DNA from: a virus
Strand: one strand, 5' to 3'
Virus record (IMG/VR): IMGVR_UViG_3300043419_000459
Location: 37,471-101,470 of that record
DNA: 64,000 bases
The position numbers were made by a program, and so were the translations under genes. Under the pieces are notes generated by a model. The model was not told where the DNA came from and made no database searches. It saw only the letters and a list, made by a program, of their open reading frames with translations. This document shows, in pieces, positions 1 through 9,156 of this stretch (the first letter of the stretch is position 1; each line of letters opens with the position of its first letter).

Positions 1-461
1 ATACAATCGTAATTCAATTCCACATATTCCGGCATTTGAATTTTGTATATTTCGTATTTTGGTTTAATGTTTCCACCTAGTGCGCTGAATCTATCGTATC
101 TATTATCTTTTGAATATTTTGTAATACCCGAATAAGATACATGTCGATTTAACATTGGCATGGTCTCATCTTTTGTAATAGATGTTCTTCGTATCATCAT
201 TATCGGTAATTGTATTTTACCCTTTGAATCTCTAAATACACCTTCTCTACGAGAACCATTCCATCTTTCTGAATTGCCATATACCACAGGAATTTTTAAT
301 GCAGTTCCATTATCATCCAAAGTGGGTAATGCAGTATCTTCCAAATATGACATCATAGCATAGTCGATATCAAACAAAGAAATACTTTGTTTTAAATCTC
401 CTTTTGTAGATTTTATTTCGTTTGCTCTATTATTATTTTGTCTTAGTGGATTTGTAGACAT
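1..461 (-). CDS. Tail terminator / sheath stabiliser (T4 gp15-like), partial, runs off the window start
   Basis: Not in ORF track. Manual translation from ATG at 461: MSTNPLRQNN...IPVVYGNSERW...GKIQLPIMMIRRTSI...MPEYVELNYDC, open to base 1. Motifs and position after two neck genes fit gp15. Confidence 0.7.
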   Translation of the reverse strand, partial: MSTNPLRQNNNRANEIKSTKGDLKQSISLFDIDYAMMSYLEDTALPTLDDNGTALKIPVVYGNSERWNGSRREGVFRDSKGKIQLPIMMIRRTSITKDETMPMLNRHVSYSGITKYSKDNRYDRFSALGGNIKPKYEIYKIQMPEYVELNYDC

Positions 462-462
462 A

Positions 463-930
463 TTATTTTATTCTTTCTTCTATGTTTAAATTAGATTTAC
501 TTACCATAAATGTAGAACATACGATACTCCAATTTCTATCACTATTTTCACCAGGTAAACCACCCACAAATTGAATTTCATTTGTATTATCTATTTCATA
601 ATAAGAGTTATCAAAATAGATTACATCACCAATTTCCGGATATATATTTCGTTCTTCACACAATAATCTATCAAATTTGAAAGTTATATTTTGTGTATTA
701 TCAGGACCAAATCCTTCATATTGAACATTTTCTGGCTCTTTATCTATCAATACAAATAATTCAACACCGGGATACCAAGTTTTGTTAGTGGATTCACCAT
801 AAATATTTACTTTGGTTTCATTTAAATTTACTTTAAATAATACGCAAGTATTTTCGATTACTTTGTCTACTAATTCTCTTGCAATACTTCTGAAGAGTTG
901 CAAGTCTCTCCCTAACATAAACTTTGGCAT
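463..930 (-). CDS. Neck / head-completion protein (T4 gp14-like)
   Basis: NIYGE, FG, PEIGDVIYF..YYEI motifs typical of gp14-like proteins; synteny between gp13-like and gp15-like genes. Confidence 0.7.
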   Translation of the reverse strand: MPKFMLGRDLQLFRSIARELVDKVIENTCVLFKVNLNETKVNIYGESTNKTWYPGVELFVLIDKEPENVQYEGFGPDNTQNITFKFDRLLCEERNIYPEIGDVIYFDNSYYEIDNTNEIQFVGGLPGENSDRNWSIVCSTFMVSKSNLNIEERIK

Positions 931-931
931 A

Positions 932-2143
932 TTATCCTACATATATTTTAAGTGGAACTTTTCTTAGCATTTCTTGTTGGTGAGTTGATTCATGTGCTTT
1001 ATTTTCCATCACCTTTATTCTACTCATCTCTTCCAAGTTTTCCCTCAATTGCGTAATAAGTGCGTCTTTCTCTACTTGTGCTTCTGCTCTCAATGCCCCA
1101 CCATCCAAAGTCACCTCACCATCTGGAATTGGAATTGAATTATATTTTTCTCTAATTGCACCCAATAATTCTTTTGCAAGTGCAAGGGTGTATTTTCTAA
1201 TCCATTGTTTACCTACTTCATTTATATTTGAATATTGAATAAAATCGTATGGAATGTCGGAATAGTCGGAAAGTGAATCGGATTGAACGGTTTGAGAATC
1301 GTGTTCAAATTCATCTCTATTCATATATTCAAAATATACCTTCTTAAACGTACTGTCTGTTGGAACTGGAAATATTTCCAATTTATTATCTACGATATTA
1401 AATGTATGTGCCGATTTTCTGATGTGGTCATTGAATTCAATCTGTTGCATTCTCAATACATCTTCATAAAGTGGCATCATTAAGAATTGTGCTGCAGGTG
1501 AATAGTTACCAAATCCCAATTCGGAAATTAAATTTAAAGTTCCCTGTGCACCAACTGAATACGGGTCAAAGAATCTTGTAATAGCGGGTATTGCTTCGTG
1601 ATATACTCTTGTTACATCAATTGTTGATGTTGCATAGTCTAATGAAGATGATATTGTATTTCCGGTTTTAACATCAATTCCCTGATTTATTAAATCGTAT
1701 ATTTGAACCGATGCCGTCAAATTAACATATGCTTTTTTAATTGCAGTAGAACCACCGACACCTGCCAAAGTTCCATATTGTTGAGACATACGAACAGTTG
1801 TTGGTAAAAATGAACCATCTACAAGCGTTTGTGAATAGTTTGCAACTTTACCTTTTGGTTGTCCTCTGAGGATATCTAAATTATTTCTAAGATTGAATTG
1901 GTTAACTTGTGCAGAATATTCTGATACCGATTCTTCAAAACATGCCCAAATTTGTTGATTATCTAATTCAATATTAACAATGGGATATCCCAATCTTTTT
2001 GCTACCCAAACTGAAGTTTTAGGTGCGTCATTTTTAAAATCAACATCATTATCATATATTCCAAATGGAGTTGCGGTTGCCGTTACTACCGAAGATGAAA
2101 ATTCTGCTGCCGTTGCACCTGACCAATATGTATTTACAGACAT
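932..2143 (-). CDS. Neck protein / head-tail adaptor (T4 gp13-like)
   Basis: RLGYPIVNIEL..QI motif at N-terminus; W.RKY.LA.AK..LG..R.KY..IP..G.VTLDG at C-terminus. Confidence 0.85.
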   Translation of the reverse strand: MSVNTYWSGATAAEFSSSVVTATATPFGIYDNDVDFKNDAPKTSVWVAKRLGYPIVNIELDNQQIWACFEESVSEYSAQVNQFNLRNNLDILRGQPKGKVANYSQTLVDGSFLPTTVRMSQQYGTLAGVGGSTAIKKAYVNLTASVQIYDLINQGIDVKTGNTISSSLDYATSTIDVTRVYHEAIPAITRFFDPYSVGAQGTLNLISELGFGNYSPAAQFLMMPLYEDVLRMQQIEFNDHIRKSAHTFNIVDNKLEIFPVPTDSTFKKVYFEYMNRDEFEHDSQTVQSDSLSDYSDIPYDFIQYSNINEVGKQWIRKYTLALAKELLGAIREKYNSIPIPDGEVTLDGGALRAEAQVEKDALITQLRENLEEMSRIKVMENKAHESTHQQEMLRKVPLKIYVG

Positions 2144-2168
2144 TACTTAAAGTTTATAGTTTTACTAC

Positions 2169-2177
2169 TATAAATAT
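2169..2177 (-). promoter_or_regulatory. Putative phage late promoter ATATTTATA
   Basis: Recurrent intergenic 9-mer, here 25 nt upstream of the neck gene. Confidence 0.55.
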
Positions 2178-2195
2178 AAGAATAAAAAAAGAATC

Positions 2196-3419
2196 TTATC
2201 TAACTTGGTTTATTGTTACAATGATAGATGGTGATGCAGGAATATTTCCTGTTGCTGCAATATATTCATAAGTTGTATCACTCCTTTGTGATTGATATGC
2301 TATTTCAAAATAATCACCCACATTTGTCGTAGATTCCCATAAATTTAATGCTACTACTTTTTTAGTGTTTGAAGGAATTGTAACATATGTTGCACTATTT
2401 GGTATATTCACACCATTTCTTTTTAACCAAACTGCTAAATCGGCGGATTGTGAACCTTGAACTATTTGAATACTAAATTGAATATTATATAAAGCAGGTC
2501 TATCACAAACTATATGAGAACCACTTTGAATTGTAATTGCATTTACACCCAAAGTGTTATTAAATGTAAATGAACCACTTTGATTTGCACTTCCACTTTG
2601 AGTTTGTGTTGAATAAAATCCACCAGCTGCAAAAATAGCTGGTAATGCTGATGCATATGTTGTATGAAATAACTCACCCGTTGTTTGGTCATATGATACT
2701 AATGCTGAACCCGTATTTTGATAAAATAAACTACTACTTTCAATATAAAATGCTCCACTAATTTTATTTGTTCCTCTGAATGTAGTTGAACCACTTACAT
2801 CTAATGTTCCACTCATTATAGTATTTCCTAATAAAATATTGTTTCCGATTTGAGTTGTTGAACCACTTACTAAAAATGAACCCGTAATAGTTTGATTTCC
2901 TATGAATGTATTAGAACCGGTTGTTGCAAAATCTCCGTAGTTTTTAATTTGTGCAGATGAACTTAGAATACTTCTACCAGTTGTTTCGTAACTACCACTA
3001 ACAAAACCAAATGCAGTTATTTGTGCAGATGAACTTACTACACCATTAGTTGCATTTATTTGTCCATTGATACCACCAATTACATTAAGTGAACCGGTAA
3101 TATAAACCGAACCAGTAAATGTGTGAGTATCTCCTTCATCTAATCCAAAATTAGTAGATGCAGTAAAGTGATTTACCGATGATGTTGTTACTATGAATTG
3201 ATTTGCAATAATATCACCATCAATATTTAAATTTCCAAATATAATTTGCCCACCATCAAATATGTTTGAACCAGTTGTTGCAAATTGTCCCGCCGATATA
3301 TATCCCATCATACCATCCTCCTGCTTTATAACAACTTCATCAGTAGATTCTAATGTATAAATTTTTGTATATTCTTTTGCAGTTTCTTCTCTATGATATT
3401 GTTTTTCCGGATATGCCAT
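2196..3419 (-). CDS. Virion structural/decoration protein with TGS/SGS-rich repeats and a beta-rich (C1q/BclA-like) C-terminal domain
   Basis: Repeated FATTGSN/ITGS/VSSSAQI units; C-terminal YNIQFSIQ...W.KRNG..IPNS...PS.IVT.NQV; lies between capsid and neck genes. Confidence 0.6.
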   Translation of the reverse strand: MAYPEKQYHREETAKEYTKIYTLESTDEVVIKQEDGMMGYISAGQFATTGSNIFDGGQIIFGNLNIDGDIIANQFIVTTSSVNHFTASTNFGLDEGDTHTFTGSVYITGSLNVIGGINGQINATNGVVSSSAQITAFGFVSGSYETTGRSILSSSAQIKNYGDFATTGSNTFIGNQTITGSFLVSGSTTQIGNNILLGNTIMSGTLDVSGSTTFRGTNKISGAFYIESSSLFYQNTGSALVSYDQTTGELFHTTYASALPAIFAAGGFYSTQTQSGSANQSGSFTFNNTLGVNAITIQSGSHIVCDRPALYNIQFSIQIVQGSQSADLAVWLKRNGVNIPNSATYVTIPSNTKKVVALNLWESTTNVGDYFEIAYQSQRSDTTYEYIAATGNIPASPSIIVTINQVR

Positions 3420-3433
3420 TTGATGTAATTTCT

Positions 3434-3442
3434 AATAAATAT
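3434..3442 (-). promoter_or_regulatory. Putative late promoter variant ATATTTATT
   Basis: Immediately after the capsid terminator and 14 nt upstream of the ATG at 3419. Confidence 0.5.
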
Positions 3443-3449
3443 ACAAAAT

Positions 3450-3482
3450 AAAAAAGGGAAAGTATTTCTACTTTCCCTTTTT
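3450..3482 (-). terminator. Rho-independent terminator downstream of the major capsid gene
   Basis: Perfect inverted repeat AAAAAGGGAAAGTA-GAAA-TACTTTCCCTTTTT(T) on the minus strand, with GNRA loop and U-tract. Confidence 0.9.
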
Positions 3483-3522
3483 CTATATTTTTAGTTTTTA
3501 ACTACTAAAATCTACTCAAAGA

Positions 3523-5136
3523 TTATAAAGTGTTTAAACCATCAACGATAATCTTACCGTAGAACTCTGGTCTTACGATTTTCTTAGCGTATCTAGTCAT
3601 AACACCTCTTCTTGGAGTGAAGTTAGTTGGGTCATAAACTAATGGAGTCATAATCAATGGTACATATGGTGCGTAAACTGCTCCTGTTTCGAAGAAGTTA
3701 GAACCTTTGAAGCCCATTAAGATAACGTTCTCTGTCATATATGGGTTTTTATAAACGTCATATCTGTTAGAGATTGAACCGATGTTAGTTACACCTGCTG
3801 CAAAAGATAAAGCGTCTTTACCTGGGTTAGCAGAGAAACCATTCATTGATTCTAAAATAGTTGCAACGTTTGGAGATACTACTACGAAGTTAGCACCACC
3901 TCTCATTGTTAACTGATGAATCTTGTTAGAAACTTTTTGTAATTTAATACCCAAAGTTTGATACCAAGTACTCTTTGTATAAGCTGATGCTGCCGCTGCT
4001 GATGAATCAATTGAGAATCCGTTTCCGTTCCAATCGTATCCTACTTTAGAAGACCAGTATTCAGTTGTGAAAGCATTTTGTTGTAACATTTCTAAGATTT
4101 CTAAGTCGATTTCTAAAGAGATGTACTCAGACAACATTTGAGTTAACTCAGCTTCAGCGTCTACACTATGGTATGCGTTTAAGTCTTGAGCTAATTCTGG
4201 AGTCCAAATTGCTTTTAATTTTCTTGTCTTAGCAACAATTGGTTCAGATTTCAATTCTAATTCGATTTCTGGAATTGCTAAGTCAGAACCTCTATCTTCA
4301 AAATCACCTCTTGAGATATCAGTTGGTTGTGCGTGGTATGCTAAAGATACACCAACATTCGCTAAGTTTGATAAACCTGTTGCAGCTACTACGAACTCAA
4401 CATTTGAACCATTCTTAGTTGTGTATTGAGGGAAATATCCAGTTACAGAACCAGTCAATAAAGTTGGTTCGAAAGCTCTTACACCATTGAAATCAGCGTC
4501 AGCTGGTAATGCAACTACAACTTTCTTCAAAGTGTTACCTGCAAAAGATGCAGAAACTGAACCTGAAGATAAATCGTAATCAATATCTGCTAAAGATGCA
4601 GAAGCAAAAGTTGCAGTAATTGCTGCAGTTTTGTTATTGATTGTGTATCCAAATCTACCTGCACCATATAAACCACCTTCTGCTACTTGAGTAGAACCTA
4701 ATTTGTTACCTGCTGGAGATAAAGAATCTTTACCAAATTCACCACCATTACCGAATAATGAATTGTTTTGGAAAGACGGATTACCTGCTACATCGGTACC
4801 ATATTTAAAGTCCATATAGAAGATAAGACCTGAAGGTAGGTTCATTGGTTGTACAGAAACGAATTCTTTAGAAGCAATGCTTCCGAATACTCTTCTTACC
4901 AATGGTAACGCTACACCAGCCCACTCTTCAGAACCTGCAGATGTACCTGTTCTTGTAGCTTCATCTAATAATTGTTTTGCTTGGTTTTCTAACATTACTG
5001 CCATACCATGCTTTGCTGTTTCAGAACCTGCGTTCTCTAACAAGCCTGTTTTTTCCCACTTAGCTTTCAAACCTCTTGTTTGCTCAAGCATTACTGATTG
5101 AGGGTTTGCGCCAGTCATAATTTGTTTTAAGTCCAT
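3523..5136 (-). CDS. gp23: Major capsid protein (T4 gp23-like)
   Basis: PLVRR, VQPM..PSGLIF, AKTRKLKA.WT.ELAQDL.AYH..DAEAEL...L..EI..EI, YAPYVPL, F.P..G.MTRY motifs. Confidence 0.97.
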   Translation of the reverse strand: MDLKQIMTGANPQSVMLEQTRGLKAKWEKTGLLENAGSETAKHGMAVMLENQAKQLLDEATRTGTSAGSEEWAGVALPLVRRVFGSIASKEFVSVQPMNLPSGLIFYMDFKYGTDVAGNPSFQNNSLFGNGGEFGKDSLSPAGNKLGSTQVAEGGLYGAGRFGYTINNKTAAITATFASASLADIDYDLSSGSVSASFAGNTLKKVVVALPADADFNGVRAFEPTLLTGSVTGYFPQYTTKNGSNVEFVVAATGLSNLANVGVSLAYHAQPTDISRGDFEDRGSDLAIPEIELELKSEPIVAKTRKLKAIWTPELAQDLNAYHSVDAEAELTQMLSEYISLEIDLEILEMLQQNAFTTEYWSSKVGYDWNGNGFSIDSSAAAASAYTKSTWYQTLGIKLQKVSNKIHQLTMRGGANFVVVSPNVATILESMNGFSANPGKDALSFAAGVTNIGSISNRYDVYKNPYMTENVILMGFKGSNFFETGAVYAPYVPLIMTPLVYDPTNFTPRRGVMTRYAKKIVRPEFYGKIIVDGLNTL

Positions 5137-5159
5137 TTTTAATGAATTTATTTGTTAAT

Positions 5160-6371
5160 TTATTTAATAATACCTGCTAATTTCTTAAATCTGTCGGAGA
5201 AATTTGTAGATTCAGCAATTACTTGCTTAGCTGCTGCAGGCTTAGTTGATTTTGTTACTTTGCTTGCAATACCTTCAGAAATAGATTTTTTAGTAGATTT
5301 GTTAGATGTGTATTTGAAATTCTCTGCTAATGTAGAGTATACCAATTTCACTTCTCTAACTGAATTTGTTCTATCTAAAGTTTCAATCACTTTCACTTTT
5401 TGTTCGTTAGTCATGTTGTGTGCTCTAAATAATTTGTTTGCGAATAATAACTTAGCGTTTAATAAGTTTACTTCGTTGATAGTTTTTTGAAGAGATTTGA
5501 TAGTTTTGTAAGCTTCGTTAAGTTCTTTTTCTTTTTCTTCCTTATCTTCTTCTTCTTTAACTACATCTTCATCATCTTTCATGTCCTTTTCCATTTCACG
5601 AAGAATTTCTTCTAAGTCGATTACATCGTCTTTTTTCTCATCATCAGCTTCTTCGTTAGTAGCTTCTTTTTCCTTATCGGTTTCGTCAGCTTCTTCGTTT
5701 TTAGCTTCTTTTTCATCATCACCATCTTCAGCTTCATACATAGATGATTCTTCTTCGTCAGAATCTTCACCTTCTAATTGAGCTTCTAATTCTCTGATGA
5801 TTGCTTCTAAGTCCATATCATCTTTCGACTCTTCGTCATCAGAATCCATATCCATAGAATCTTCAGAATCCATATCCATGTCATCCATGTCCATTTCTTC
5901 GTCATCTCCCATTTCTTCTTCAGAATCTTCTCCTTCTAATTCTGCCAATCTAGCTTTCAATTCTGCAATTTCTGCATCTTTGTCATCTTTTTTGTCAGCA
6001 AAAGGATTTTCTTCTTCAGAAATGTCTGCTACTTTCTTATAGTCAGTACCAGCTTGTTCAGGTTTACCACTATCTTGCTTTACACCAACTGATAAATCAG
6101 TCATTGCATCTAAGTTTGGTTGTGCACCTGGAGTCTCAGCGTATCCTGCGTCTACTTTAGACCCGATACCTGTTGAATCTAACTCTTCATTTTTCATTTC
6201 ATCATCTTTAACTTCTTGTTCTTCTGCTTCTGCTCTCATTTTTTGAGACAAAATAGATTGAAGTCTAGGAGTGAAAGCTTCTTCAAGAGCGATTTTTGCG
6301 TTTGCTAAAGCTGTTTCTTTAACTGCTTTGGCATCAGCGATTGCTTCTTTCAATAATTTTGAATTTGCCAT
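5160..6371 (-). CDS. Prohead scaffold/core protein (T4 gp22-like)
   Basis: Highly acidic coiled-coil protein directly upstream of the major capsid gene; C-terminal RFKKLAGI. Confidence 0.8.
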   Translation of the reverse strand: MANSKLLKEAIADAKAVKETALANAKIALEEAFTPRLQSILSQKMRAEAEEQEVKDDEMKNEELDSTGIGSKVDAGYAETPGAQPNLDAMTDLSVGVKQDSGKPEQAGTDYKKVADISEEENPFADKKDDKDAEIAELKARLAELEGEDSEEEMGDDEEMDMDDMDMDSEDSMDMDSDDEESKDDMDLEAIIRELEAQLEGEDSDEEESSMYEAEDGDDEKEAKNEEADETDKEKEATNEEADDEKKDDVIDLEEILREMEKDMKDDEDVVKEEEDKEEKEKELNEAYKTIKSLQKTINEVNLLNAKLLFANKLFRAHNMTNEQKVKVIETLDRTNSVREVKLVYSTLAENFKYTSNKSTKKSISEGIASKVTKSTKPAAAKQVIAESTNFSDRFKKLAGIIK

Positions 6372-6525
6372 CTTTTTTCCTTAAATTTTGTTGTGAAGTT
6401 ATTCTTGTAGGGAACTCCAATGTAATTATGTTGATTGTTCGGTCACACCTTATAGAGAAGGGTATTCATTAATCAACTATGTCTTATAATCTCATAATAA
6501 AAATGAGATATTTGATAATATATAT
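6372..6525 (-). promoter_or_regulatory. Long, putatively structured 5' leader and promoter of the scaffold-capsid operon
   Basis: Largest intergenic gap in the window (6372-6555); promoter-like ATATATATT at 6517-6525; hairpins at 6489-6509, 6430-6477 and 6395-6418; AAGGA before the ATG. Confidence 0.5.
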
Positions 6526-6539
6526 CTAAATTTTTTAGA

Positions 6540-6555
6540 AAACTAAAGAAAACTA
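6540..6555. repeat. AAACTAAAGAAAACTA operator-like repeat (copy 1)
   Basis: Identical 16-mer at 49831-49846; both copies are intergenic and next to promoter motifs. Confidence 0.6.
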
Positions 6556-6732
6556 CTAAAATAGTTTGTTTTTTCTTATAGTTTCTTCTTTTTGTAAACG
6601 TTTTCTTACCGAAGGCTTAGTAAAATTTTTTCTATCCCTAAGTTCTTCTATTTGTTTTGTGGCCTGAACTTTCTTTTTATATTCCTTTAATGCCCACTCT
6701 ATGTTTCCGTTTTTAACACTAACTATTAACAT
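6556..6732 (-). CDS. rpsU: Phage-encoded 30S ribosomal protein bS21 (58 aa)
   Basis: Not in ORF track. Manual translation MLIVSVKNGNIEWALKEYKKKVQATKQIEELRDRKNFTKPSVRKRLQKEETIRKNKLF*; the NI..ALK.YK.K...ELR.R..F.KPS..KR pattern is the S21 signature. Confidence 0.9.
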   Translation of the reverse strand: MLIVSVKNGNIEWALKEYKKKVQATKQIEELRDRKNFTKPSVRKRLQKEETIRKNKLF

Positions 6733-6736
6733 TCTT

Positions 6737-7108
6737 CTATTGTAAATTAACCAATTTGTATTTTGTTGAGTATAGTAAAGTTACAATCGTATCTATATCG
6801 TTTTGTAACCAACTCATTTGTAATTTTTCTTCTTGTCTTAATTTTGTAACTGCTACAATCAATTTATCAAAATATGCAATTACATTTTTAATATCATTAT
6901 TTGTATCCAAACCACTAACAGGTTGTAATTTAATTAAACCATATTGTCCTTGATATGCTTCAACTAATCCGTCCAATATTCCACCAATTGAATCGTAATA
7001 ATTTCCCAATGCCAAATGTGCAGATAGTGCACCTATACCTTTAACTCCTAAATGAAATGAATGCGCCTGCGTTCTACTATGTAATAATAATGATGCTAAT
7101 TGTTCCAT
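6737..7108 (-). CDS. Dps/ferritin-like four-helix-bundle protein
   Basis: H..H....H.AL..YYD....D.LVE.YQG.YG and N..D.I..L.....YKL patterns of phage Dps-like proteins. Confidence 0.6.
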   Translation of the reverse strand: MEQLASLLLHSRTQAHSFHLGVKGIGALSAHLALGNYYDSIGGILDGLVEAYQGQYGLIKLQPVSGLDTNNDIKNVIAYFDKLIVAVTKLRQEEKLQMSWLQNDIDTIVTLLYSTKYKLVNLQ

Positions 7109-7537
7109 TTATTTGCAAGTTTTACATTCTTGTAATCCCAATCTTTGTTTCATTACTTCTTCGGATAAATCCGCTATCTCAAAGTATCTACCCAATACGT
7201 GACCCATATCTTCATAAAGTGCTTCCAATCTTTGTTGTTGAGATTGAGCTTCTACTGCTTCTTTTTCGAATGCGGTTTGTAATTTCTTTAACTCACTCAT
7301 ATTTCTTTTAATAGTCACTCTATCAAACCAATCACCACCTTCTCTCAAAGTATATTCTTGTGCAGCGTCTGCGATTCCACCCAATGTTTCTGCGATTTGC
7401 ATAATATCGGATTTTCTACTCATACCTTCTCTATGTTGGTTATAAGTTGAAATAATTTCTAAAAAGTGTTTTTTCAATTCCGTTGGTAATTGTTCAAACT
7501 CTTCGGTTTCTTTTAATAAATCTCTTAACTTTAACAT
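7109..7537 (-). CDS. Hypothetical head-module protein
   Basis: 142-aa helical ORF, tightly packed; N-terminal MLKLRDLLKE. Confidence 0.6.
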   Translation of the reverse strand: MLKLRDLLKETEEFEQLPTELKKHFLEIISTYNQHREGMSRKSDIMQIAETLGGIADAAQEYTLREGGDWFDRVTIKRNMSELKKLQTAFEKEAVEAQSQQQRLEALYEDMGHVLGRYFEIADLSEEVMKQRLGLQECKTCK

Positions 7538-7540
7538 ATA

Positions 7541-7792
7541 CTATCTCTTTACGATTTTATTCTTTTTTAATTTTTGAACTGCAATTGATAATTCTTGTGG
7601 TGTCATTCCCAATGCATCTACTAATTTTGCAATCACCAATTGTTCTTTTTTTCTGGATAAGTTATATGATTTAATAACTTGCAATGCTCTATCTAAAAAT
7701 CTTTCAACTTTAGCCGGTATTGCAGTATCCATATCTTCTATGGATTCTTTTTTTATTTCTTTAACAGGTATCAAATTTATTAACTTTGCCAT
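7541..7792 (-). CDS. Hypothetical head-module protein
   Basis: 83-aa ORF in operon packing; N-terminal MAKLINLI. Confidence 0.55.
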   Translation of the reverse strand: MAKLINLIPVKEIKKESIEDMDTAIPAKVERFLDRALQVIKSYNLSRKKEQLVIAKLVDALGMTPQELSIAVQKLKKNKIVKR

Positions 7793-7805
7793 TTTATTTT
7801 ATTTT

Positions 7806-8660
7806 TTATACTCCACAAGGGTCAACTGAGATTATTTCACCTCTACTACCACTTACTTCAAATTTAATTGAACCATCTCCATCTAATCTATACCAACCAT
7901 CGATTGCAGGATTCCATGCATCTGAATTTTGATATAATCTATTACCAACTTCTATTGCCGAACCACTTGCAATATATCGGTCTACTGTATAGTTACTAGC
8001 ACATATATTAGTTTGAAGTAGTTCGTATGCTACGTTTATCATAGTATGATTACCATTTGTAATATCAAAACTCCAATTTCTTGAATTAAGTACAAAAAGT
8101 GAATCTCTTCCTATTTCGCCGGGTGTCGAATTAGTTCCACCATGAATTTCTACATATCCATCTTCCACACTACCACTAGCTAATTCTAAAAGAATGTTAT
8201 CAACTGTGGTTTGAGTAAAAGCACAATTGGAAACTATTACTTCATTTCCATCAAATCCTATTGGTTGTGTTCTAGATATTATTAATTCGGTTAATTGGGT
8301 ATTACCACTAAAATCAATTGTAGTTAATAAAGGTAAGTTAGTTATATCTACCGAACCTGTTAAATTGCAATCATCAAAATCTATAAATTCCAACGATGTA
8401 CAATCTGATAAATCAGGGAATCCTGCTGAAAAATTACTATCACTAACACGAAGTGTTTGTAATGAGGTACATCCACTTACATTAATAGATGTTAAACTAT
8501 CGGTACCAGTTCCGGGTATATCGTTACGGTCTACATCAATAAGAGTAAGTGATGACATTCCAGAAAAATCAACAGATGTTAAACTATTGTAATCTGCTTG
8601 AAAACTTTGTATATTTGTTAGGTTTTGTAAACCTGTAAATGAAGTTATTGTTGCTCCCAT
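7806..8660 (-). CDS. Leucine-rich-repeat protein
   Basis: LxxLxxL-type repeats (LTSVDFSGMSSLTLID, LTSINVSGCTSLQTL, LSDCTSLEFID, ITNLPLLTTIDFSGN). Confidence 0.75.
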   Translation of the reverse strand: MGATITSFTGLQNLTNIQSFQADYNSLTSVDFSGMSSLTLIDVDRNDIPGTGTDSLTSINVSGCTSLQTLRVSDSNFSAGFPDLSDCTSLEFIDFDDCNLTGSVDITNLPLLTTIDFSGNTQLTELIISRTQPIGFDGNEVIVSNCAFTQTTVDNILLELASGSVEDGYVEIHGGTNSTPGEIGRDSLFVLNSRNWSFDITNGNHTMINVAYELLQTNICASNYTVDRYIASGSAIEVGNRLYQNSDAWNPAIDGWYRLDGDGSIKFEVSGSRGEIISVDPCGV

Positions 8661-8672
8661 AATATTTTATTT

Positions 8673-9149
8673 TTAATCGTCGCCGTTGAATTCTAAATAG
8701 GTTACTAAACTTATATCATCGAAACATAATCTAACCGTATATTCTGTATCTGTATCTGGATAATTGTGATTTATTTCAACTTGGTTTACACCATCTACTT
8801 CACCAGTTTCAGTTTCACCATCACCCCAAACTATTGTGTAGTTAGTTGGTGCAGATGTGTTAATCCAAAATGTACAATCATTTCCATCGGTTGTGTTGTT
8901 TACAAATTCAATACAACCGGATGGTAATTCACTTTGTTCTTGTTGGATAATTCCCCCACCACCATTACTTGCTGCTACTGCCATAGCTTCAGCCTGTGTC
9001 CTAGCTGCTTCTTGTATTAAATGTATTGCAATTCTTTGTTCTGCAATTTCATTTAGATATATTCTATATTGTCTTTCAACCTCATATTGTGGGACTTTAT
9101 TCATTTCTGGCAAAGTAGAAAACTGATGCCAACTCATTTCATTAACCAT
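8673..9149 (-). CDS. Hypothetical protein with PKD-like C-terminal domain
   Basis: YTIVWGDG...H.Y....YTV motif typical of PKD-like domains. Confidence 0.6.
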   Translation of the reverse strand: MVNEMSWHQFSTLPEMNKVPQYEVERQYRIYLNEIAEQRIAIHLIQEAARTQAEAMAVAASNGGGGIIQQEQSELPSGCIEFVNNTTDGNDCTFWINTSAPTNYTIVWGDGETETGEVDGVNQVEINHNYPDTDTEYTVRLCFDDISLVTYLEFNGDD

Positions 9150-9156
9150 CTCTATA

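Noticed and set aside
2169-2177. Reading plus-strand TATAAATA as T4 late promoters driving antisense transcription
   Set aside because: The motif sits just upstream of minus-strand starts and flips before the single plus-strand gene, so the functional orientation is ATATTTATA
5560-6020. Repetitive TCT/TCA/TCC-rich DNA resembling a tandem repeat array
   Set aside because: Explained by Asp/Glu/Met low-complexity coding in the scaffold protein
8661-8675. Stop-codon readthrough fusing the PKD-like and LRR ORFs
   Set aside because: Two in-frame TAA codons, and the second ORF has its own ATG in an A-rich context
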